From an uncultured delta proteobacterium (GTDB lineage: Bacteria > Myxococcota > B64-G9), in contig CAVWHX010000004.1 in NCBI GenBank assembly GCA_963754925.1, positions 1 through 64,000 of the forward strand: 64,000 bases of DNA, given 5' to 3'. Shown piece after piece: positions 57,306 to 64,000 of the stretch. The notes under the pieces are model-generated. The model was given only the letters and a program-made list of their open reading frames with translations. It did no database searches and was not told the origin of the DNA. Position numbers and translations under genes: made by a program. Every line of letters begins with the position of its first letter. Within the stretch, counting starts at the first letter, position 1.

Positions 57306-59423
57306 TTAGATAGGTTGTTTGAGAAACAACATCTCGGCGTAGGTTGGCAGGGGCCATAGTTCCCTATCAACAATCTTTTCGAGTTCGTCGGCTGCCTGCC
57401 GAACCGCCTGCATGGCTGGAACCACCTTTTTATTGCATCCAGCGGCTTTTTTGGGAACATCTTTGATGCTGTTTGTTGCCGACAGAGTGTTTTCAAGCTC
57501 ATCGATAGTGCGGTTGAGGAGGCTTATTAACCCACAGACTTTCTCGAGCATGGACTTCTGCGTATCGGCGGCCAGGCCCGCATTATTGATTTCTACCACG
57601 ACGCTTGCCAATCGACCGGAGTAAGTAGCCACCGCGGGGAGTATCTGGCGTTTTGCCATATGCAATGTGGTCAATGCTTCGATATTAATCGTCTTGCTGT
57701 AAATCTCATAAAGAATTTCAGTGCGCGCATGCAGTTCCGCTTTGGTCAACACGCCGTGTTTGCTAAAAAGCTCAACGTTTTCTTTGTCCATAATGGTGCC
57801 TACGGATTCAGGCGTTGACCGTATGTTCGGCAGTCCCCGCGATTGCGCCTCCTCGGTCCACTCGCTCACGTAGTTGTCGCCGTTGTAAATGATCCGTTTG
57901 TGCTCATTGGCGATCCGCCGCAGGATTTTCTGGATTGAGTTCTCCACGTCTTTGGCTTTTTCTAATTCATCGGCTATTTCTAACAATACGTCGGCAACCA
58001 TGGTGTTGAGGGTAAACATCGGACCAGAGGTAGACTGGGAGGAACCAACCATCCGAAACTCAAATTTGTTGCCGGTGAAAGCAAACGGCGAGGTGCGGTT
58101 GCGATCAGTGCTGTCTTTCGGCAGGTGGGGCATGGTCGAAACACCGAGTTTGAGAATGCCGCCGGATTTGGATGACTTGGCGCCGCCGGAGGCAAGTTGC
58201 TCGATGATGTCCGTCAGTTGGTCTCCCAAAAAGATGGAGACGATCGCCGGCGGCGCTTCGTTGGCGCCGAGACGATGCTCATTACCGACATTGGCTACGC
58301 TGGCCCGTAAAATTTTCGCATATTTATCCACCGCGCGGATCACGGCGCACAGAAACACCAAAAAGACCATATTATCGTGGGGGGTGTTGCCCGGATCGAG
58401 CAAATTGAAGCCGTCGTCGGTAACCATGCTCCAGTTATTGTGTTTGCCTGAACCATTGATGCCCGTAAAAGGTTTTTCGTGCAACAAACAAACCATGCCA
58501 TGGTGCAATGCCACGCGTTGCAGCAATTCCATCACCAGTTGATTGTGGTCGGTGGCGACATTAACGGTCGTAAAGACCGGGGCCAGCTCATATTGAGAGG
58601 GAGCGACTTCATTATGTTGTGTCTTCGAGGCAACCCCCAATTTCCAAAGCTCTATATTGACTTCGTTCATGAACGACGCCACGCGCTCATGGAGCGTCCC
58701 AAAATAGTGATCCTCCATTTCCTGACCTCGTGGCGAAGCTGCGCCGAAAAGTGTCCGGCCCGTCAGGACGAGATCCATGCGCTTTTCAAAAAATGATCGA
58801 TCGATCAGAAAATACTCCTCTTCGGGACCAAGCGTGGCCTCTACCCGTTTCGATGTCGTATTGCCCAGGATGCGCAGGATGCGTAGCGCCTGTTTACTGA
58901 GAGCATCCATGGACCGCAGCAAAGGCGTCTTCTTATCCAACGCCTGGCCGGTATAGGAACAAAAAGCGCACGGTATATAAAGAGTCTTGTTATTGCCTTG
59001 TTCCTTGACAAAAACCGGCGAGGTGCAATCCCACGCCGTATATCCACGCGCTTCAAAAGTCGTCCGTAGCCCACCCGATGGAAACGACGAGGCATCCGGT
59101 TCGCCTTTGATCAGCTCCTTGCCGCTAAACTCCATGATGGTTCGTCCATCGGGGGTGGGTGAAATGAAAGCGTCTTGCTTTTCGGCGGTCAGGCCGGTCA
59201 TGGGTTGAAACCAATGGCAGAAATGGGTAGCGCCCTTCTCGATAGCCCAATCCTTCATCGCATTGGCAATCACATCAGCGACTGCCGGCTCAAGCGCTTG
59301 TTCGCCGCTGATGGTTTGTCGAAAAGATTTATAAATGTTCTTGGGCAGCCGCTCGCGCATCATCGCATCATTGAATACATTGGATCCGAAGATATTAGGA
59401 ATGGTTTCAAAGGATTCACTCAT
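57306..59423 (-). CDS. Glutamine synthetase type III
   Basis: HWFQPMTG.TAEK, GEPDASSFPSGGLR.TFEARGYTAWD, DRNRTSPFAFTGNKFEFR. Confidence 0.96.
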   Translation of the reverse strand: MSESFETIPNIFGSNVFNDAMMRERLPKNIYKSFRQTISGEQALEPAVADVIANAMKDWAIEKGATHFCHWFQPMTGLTAEKQDAFISPTPDGRTIMEFSGKELIKGEPDASSFPSGGLRTTFEARGYTAWDCTSPVFVKEQGNNKTLYIPCAFCSYTGQALDKKTPLLRSMDALSKQALRILRILGNTTSKRVEATLGPEEEYFLIDRSFFEKRMDLVLTGRTLFGAASPRGQEMEDHYFGTLHERVASFMNEVNIELWKLGVASKTQHNEVAPSQYELAPVFTTVNVATDHNQLVMELLQRVALHHGMVCLLHEKPFTGINGSGKHNNWSMVTDDGFNLLDPGNTPHDNMVFLVFLCAVIRAVDKYAKILRASVANVGNEHRLGANEAPPAIVSIFLGDQLTDIIEQLASGGAKSSKSGGILKLGVSTMPHLPKDSTDRNRTSPFAFTGNKFEFRMVGSSQSTSGPMFTLNTMVADVLLEIADELEKAKDVENSIQKILRRIANEHKRIIYNGDNYVSEWTEEAQSRGLPNIRSTPESVGTIMDKENVELFSKHGVLTKAELHARTEILYEIYSKTINIEALTTLHMAKRQILPAVATYSGRLASVVVEINNAGLAADTQKSMLEKVCGLISLLNRTIDELENTLSATNSIKDVPKKAAGCNKKVVPAMQAVRQAADELEKIVDRELWPLPTYAEMLFLKQPI

Positions 59424-59678
59424 AATCTATCTCCCTGGTTGAGGTTAATGTGTATGTTCATTCCGTTAACGTTCGCTTGACATCCCGACACCCATGGAAT
59501 GTATAGGAATTTCAAAGGTACTTTTCTTTCGGCACTCACGTAATTTTACACTGCGCCCCCTTTAGCCTAGGGTTTAGACTAACTACTCTTAATTCAGTCT
59601 CCCGTCAATGATTGGAAATGATTCTCGAGGCTAGGGGATGGCAGCGACTCTTTCGCGCACTATTGAAAGGTCTGATGG

Positions 59679-61162
59679 CTAAATATCAAAATAGAGGTAG
59701 AATTCGTACGGATGCGGGCGCATTCTTACCGCGTCGATTTCTTTTTTGCGCTTGTACTCCAGCCATACATCTAAAACATCCTGGGTGAATACTTCTCCTT
59801 GCAACAAGTACTTACTGTCTTGCTCCAAACAGTTTAAAGCGGTGTACAGCGAACCGGGAACGGTGGGAATGTCCTTCAATTCTTTTTCACTAAGCTCGAA
59901 CAAATCTTTGTCCAAGGGATCGCCAGGATCAATTTTATTTTTTATACCGTCAAGGCCGGCCATAAGCATCGCGCTAAATGCCAGATACGGGTTACAAGCC
60001 GGATCCGGCGGACGAAACTCTATCCGCTTCGACTTAGGATTGTCGGTATACATCGGAATACGCACCGCGGCCGAACGATTGCGCGCCGAATAAACTAAAT
60101 TAACCGGCGCCTCGTATCCGGGCACCAACCGTTTGTAAGAGTTGGTGGTGGGAGCGCAAAAAGCCATAAGACTCGCGGCGTGCTTGAGCAGTCCGCCGAT
60201 ATAATATTTGGCCATCTGGCTTAACAGCGCATATCCGTTTTTATCAAAGAACAGATTGGCCCCGTTTTTCCAAAGACTCTGATGGCAATGCATACCCGAA
60301 CCATTATCGGCAAAAAGCGGCTTGGGCATAAAGGTAGCCACCATATTGTTCTTCTTGGACATGTTCTTGACGATATATTTGTACAAGAGAAGGTTATCCG
60401 CCATCTTGGTCAATTTGCCATACTTCATGTCAATCTCGCACTGACCGGCGGTCGCCACCTCATGGTGATGGACTTCCACATCAATCCCGGACTCGATCAT
60501 TTTCAGGATTATCCTGCTTCTTAGATCCTGTATCGAATCGTGCGGCGGCACGGGAAAATAACCCTCCTTAAATCGTATTTTGTATCCCAGGTTGGGTTTT
60601 TCATCCCGGCCGGTATTCCAATCCCCTTCGTCGGAATCGATGAAGTAGTAACTGGAATTCTCAGTCTGGTCGAAACGCACGCTATTAAAAATGAAGAATT
60701 CCGCCTCCGGGCCGAAATAAACCTCATCGGCAATGCCCGAAGCTTTGAGATACATCTCGGCTTTTTTGGCAATATATCGCGGGTCGCGGCTATACGGTTT
60801 ACGAGATACCGGATCATAAATATCGCAAATGATACTTAACGTCGGCACTTCGCAAACGGGATCAACAATTGCGGTCGATGGATCAGGAATCAGAAGCATA
60901 TCGGACTCCTGAATTTTTTGAAAACCGCGAATAGACGAACCGTCAAAGCCGATACCGTCAACCCAAATGGACCGGGAAATATCATCCATCCCTGCTATCA
61001 ATTCAGAAGCCGGAATGGAAAAATGTTGCCATAATCCGGGCAGATCGTTGAATTTCAGATCAACAATTTTAATATCTTTATCCTTTATCAGCTTTGCTAC
61101 ATCGCGGACCGCCTTTTCGTTAAAACTCTCATTGGTCGATCCTTAACATTTTTGTTTGGCAT
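59679..61162 (-). CDS. glnA: Glutamine synthetase type I, with a frameshift near the N-terminus
   Basis: [45 protein letters not shown]; the SD-led ATG at 61162 is out of frame. Confidence 0.93.
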
Positions 61163-61335
61163 TTTGATCTCCTTCATTGAGCGCATCCCGCCTTGGCGGG
61201 ATTGACTGCGTCAACTTGGTTCGAGGTATTGCCAAAGACATGCAAAACGCGCAGCGCCTGTCTATTCAGAACATCCATGAATCATAAAAAAATCCCTACT
61301 GCCTCCGAACTACGGCTTCCGGCTTTCATCCGGAT

Positions 61336-61351
61336 TGCAATAAATAAGCCA
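61336..61351 (-). promoter_or_regulatory. Sigma54 promoter upstream of glnA
   Basis: Minus strand TGGCTTATTTATTGCA, GG-N10-GC. Confidence 0.7.
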
Positions 61352-61428
61352 ACGTTACGCCACATACTAACAAACCGATCATCAATTATTTTTTTGCAGG
61401 CGTCTCAATATCTGGTTTGATTATGAGT

Positions 61429-61470
61429 TACAAAAACGTATACCTAATGAATATAATCTACAATATTGTA
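61429..61470. promoter_or_regulatory. Pair of TACA-N4-YGTA palindromes; candidate enhancer sites
   Basis: TACAAAAACGTA (61429) and TACAATATTGTA (61459), 30 bp apart. Confidence 0.5.
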
Positions 61471-61710
61471 TTAAAAAACTGTGATAGTCTTTTATGGCTA
61501 CCCAACCTACGTTCTGCTCATTCAGGCACTATGCCCTTGGTATCGCATTAACCCATTATCGGTTCTGGGTTTTCTCGTCATCGGCAATAACATAAATATA
61601 TTAAATATACTCTTGTAGTTGCCTGTTTTCGATTGTTGTATTCTTCTCTTGCATGCCGTCTACATTTTTGTTATCTCCCACTTGAAGATGGCTACCATGA
61701 AAGGAACTGC

Positions 61711-63240
61711 ATGGTCCTTGAAACTGAAAAAGAAGTTCAGCTCTTAGGAGACATCTCAAAATCTTTTGCGGAGTCCCTAAATCTCGAAATGACCCTTAAA
61801 TCCATACTGACATCGCTGGATACTCACCTCAAGTTGCAGCGTGGCACCATCACCTTGTTGGATCCTCAGACCGAAACGATCAACATCAAAATCGCCCATG
61901 GCATCAGTGAGCGATCGAAACAGCTCGGGAGCTATAAGGTCGGCGAGGGCATCACCGGCATGGTGGTACAATCCGGTAGAGAAATCGTTGTCCCCGATAT
62001 TTCCAATGATCACCGTTTTTTACATAAAACCAAGGCGCGAAAACCCATCAAAGGAAAAAAAATAGCATTTTTTTGCGTCCCGATAAAGTTGAAAGGCAAA
62101 ACTATAGGGGCGCTCAGCGTTGATAAATTAACCAATACCAACGACGACTTCAAAGCCAGTGTGAGATTGTTGAATATTATTTCAACCATGGTGGCTCAGG
62201 CCGTCAAGCTGAACAAACTGGTTGAATCCGACCGTAAATTGCTTCAAGACGAAAACATCCGTCTGCGCCAGGAGCTCAAAACGCAGTTTAGTATTCACAA
62301 CATGATTGGCAGCAGCAATGCGATGAGAGAAGTGTACCGACTTATCGAGCAAGTGTCCGACAGCAATGCGACCGTTCTTATCCGGGGGGAAAGCGGCACC
62401 GGGAAAGATCTGGTGGCGCATGCCATTCACTACAATAGCCCCCGGGCCGACAATCCCTTCGTGAAAGTTAATTGCACCGCCCTCCCGGAGACATTACTGG
62501 AGAGTGAGCTCTTTGGGCACGAGAAGGGATCATTCACGAGCGCATCCGAAAGAAAAATCGGCAGATTCGAACGAGCGCATGGCGGAACGATATTTCTCGA
62601 TGAGATCGGCGATTTTTCCATGAACCTTCAGGTTAAGTTGCTGCGCGTGATCCAATTCAAAGAGTTCGAACGGGTCGGCGGGCATGAAATGCTCAAGACA
62701 AATGTAAGAATTGTGGTCGCGACCAATAAAAACCTCGAGAAGCAGATCTCGGAAGGGCTTTTTCGCGAAGATTTATATTACCGGGTGAACGTGTTTCCGA
62801 TTTTTCTCCCGCCATTGAGAGATCACAAAGACGATATCATGCTCTTGGCCGACTACTTTCTCGAAAAGTCGGCCAATGAAAACAACAAGAAGATTTTGCG
62901 TATTTCAACACCGGCGATAGAAATGCTCACGCGCTATCACTGGCCGGGCAACGTCCGTGAGCTTGAAAACTGTATTGAGCGAGCGGTGTTGCTATGCGAT
63001 GGGGAGGTCATTCGTTCGGAACATTTGCCGCCGTCGCTCCAAATGGTCAATAAATCCGATGCGATTACAACGCGTTCGCTGATAGACATTATTGCCGATA
63101 AAGAAAACGAATTGATTATTGATGCGCTGAAAAAATGCGGCGGCAATCAACGACAGGCGGCCCGCGAACTCGGCATTACCGAGCGCATTTTGGGCTATAA
63201 AATAAAAAAGTACGACATCCAGCCAAAAATGCTGACCTAA
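61711..63240 (+). CDS. NifA-like GAF-AAA+-HTH sigma54 activator
   Basis: GAF domain (YKVGEGITG, FFCVPI), GESGTGKD, GSFTSA loop, WPGNVRELEN, HTH. Confidence 0.9.
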   Translation: MVLETEKEVQLLGDISKSFAESLNLEMTLKSILTSLDTHLKLQRGTITLLDPQTETINIKIAHGISERSKQLGSYKVGEGITGMVVQSGREIVVPDISNDHRFLHKTKARKPIKGKKIAFFCVPIKLKGKTIGALSVDKLTNTNDDFKASVRLLNIISTMVAQAVKLNKLVESDRKLLQDENIRLRQELKTQFSIHNMIGSSNAMREVYRLIEQVSDSNATVLIRGESGTGKDLVAHAIHYNSPRADNPFVKVNCTALPETLLESELFGHEKGSFTSASERKIGRFERAHGGTIFLDEIGDFSMNLQVKLLRVIQFKEFERVGGHEMLKTNVRIVVATNKNLEKQISEGLFREDLYYRVNVFPIFLPPLRDHKDDIMLLADYFLEKSANENNKKILRISTPAIEMLTRYHWPGNVRELENCIERAVLLCDGEVIRSEHLPPSLQMVNKSDAITTRSLIDIIADKENELIIDALKKCGGNQRQAARELGITERILGYKIKKYDIQPKMLT

Positions 63241-63475
63241 TAGAGAACATTATGGCTTGTCACATAACAACTAATGGGTTAGTAACCTACAGCCATGGTA
63301 AAGCCGACCCAGTGTAAGTAAGCTACTATTGATATGCGGTATCTGCGGCATGTTATGGCATTGATGTCGTTGAATAAATTATCGAGAGCATTTTTGTTTT
63401 ATTTTTCGAGCAGGTATACCGTGTGGAGCTATAGTGGGGTCTAATGCAAGCAAGATTTGGATATGGAGCGATGTA

Positions 63476-64000
63476 ATGCGTCTAAAGAAAAAAATATTTT
63501 GGATGGTTGGGCTCGCAGGACTTCTCATTGGCGTCTTTTTTATCTATCGTGTCGCCACCGGCCAGAAAAAAAATGAGCTTCGTTTCGAAACGGCGAGGGT
63601 CGAACGCGGCCCGGTCATCGCCAAGGTGACCGCAACCGGCATACTATCCGCTTTGGTCACGGTTCAAGTCGGCAGCCAAGTATCGGGGTACGTTAAAGAT
63701 CTCCTGGTTGACTTTAATTCGCCGGTGACTAAGGGCCAAGTCATCGCCCGTATCGATCCACAGCTTTTCCAAGCCGCCCTCGAGCAGGCGCGCGCAAACT
63801 ACATGGCCGCGCGAGGCGACCTCAATAAATCAATAGCCCAGGCAGCGGACGCCGAACGTCAGTACCAACGCAACAAGAGCCTGGCCGAGCGCAAGTTGAT
63901 TGCCCAGGCCGATCTCGACACGTCACAGGCAAACGCCGACGCCGCCAAAGCGCAGGTCGACTCTTCGGCTGGAAAATTGGAGCAGGCTAAAGCCGCATTG
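63476..64000 (+). CDS. Efflux transporter periplasmic adaptor (MacA/HlyD family), partial
   Basis: Manual translation MRLKKKIFW...VTATGILSALVTVQVGSQVSG...VDFNSPVTKGQVIARIDP, open to the window end. Confidence 0.9.
   Translation, partial: MRLKKKIFWMVGLAGLLIGVFFIYRVATGQKKNELRFETARVERGPVIAKVTATGILSALVTVQVGSQVSGYVKDLLVDFNSPVTKGQVIARIDPQLFQAALEQARANYMAARGDLNKSIAQAADAERQYQRNKSLAERKLIAQADLDTSQANADAAKAQVDSSAGKLEQAKAAL

Noticed and set aside
61229..61245. Second sigma54-like site, and a possible glutamine riboswitch in the glnA leader
   Set aside because: It lacks the invariant GG at -24, and I could not match the glnA RNA motif.

Overview
A GC-rich bacterial chromosomal segment whose gene content and order resemble Myxococcota/Deltaproteobacteria (inference). 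1-16.6 kb: a Myxococcus-type type IV pilus locus (ribF-pilB-pilT-pilC-pilS-pilR ... pilD) with five pilin genes. Three are near-identical pilA copies that sit with pilG/H/I-like genes in a block inverted relative to the rest of the locus. 16.7-32 kb: PilZ, AgmX-like, rhomboid, rsfS and comF genes, one complete IS3-family element with a 4-bp target duplication, an AT-rich B12-binding radical SAM gene, NFACT, ftsK and tyrS. 32-42 kb: a cobalamin riboswitch and a split btu uptake system that includes a Cys-rich beta-propeller lipoprotein. 42-64 kb: amrS, rlmE, glyA, pgi, a one-Cys DksA, an MntR/DtxR regulator with a porin sharing an operator-like motif, ettA, tandem GSIII and GSI glutamine synthetases divergent from a NifA-like activator, and a partial efflux adaptor. 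The most unusual signal is non-coding. Several families of tiny hairpin elements are inserted into one another: at 22.2-23.7 kb a five-level nest can be peeled apart (REP half > 15-bp unit > hairpin A > hairpin B > IS3), the B-in-A nesting recurs at 8 kb, and the 15-bp unit recurs inside another dispersed repeat family. Also noted: a probable ATC start for rsfS, several leaderless-looking genes, and single-base frameshifts in pilD and glnA that may be assembly errors. No database searches were run.
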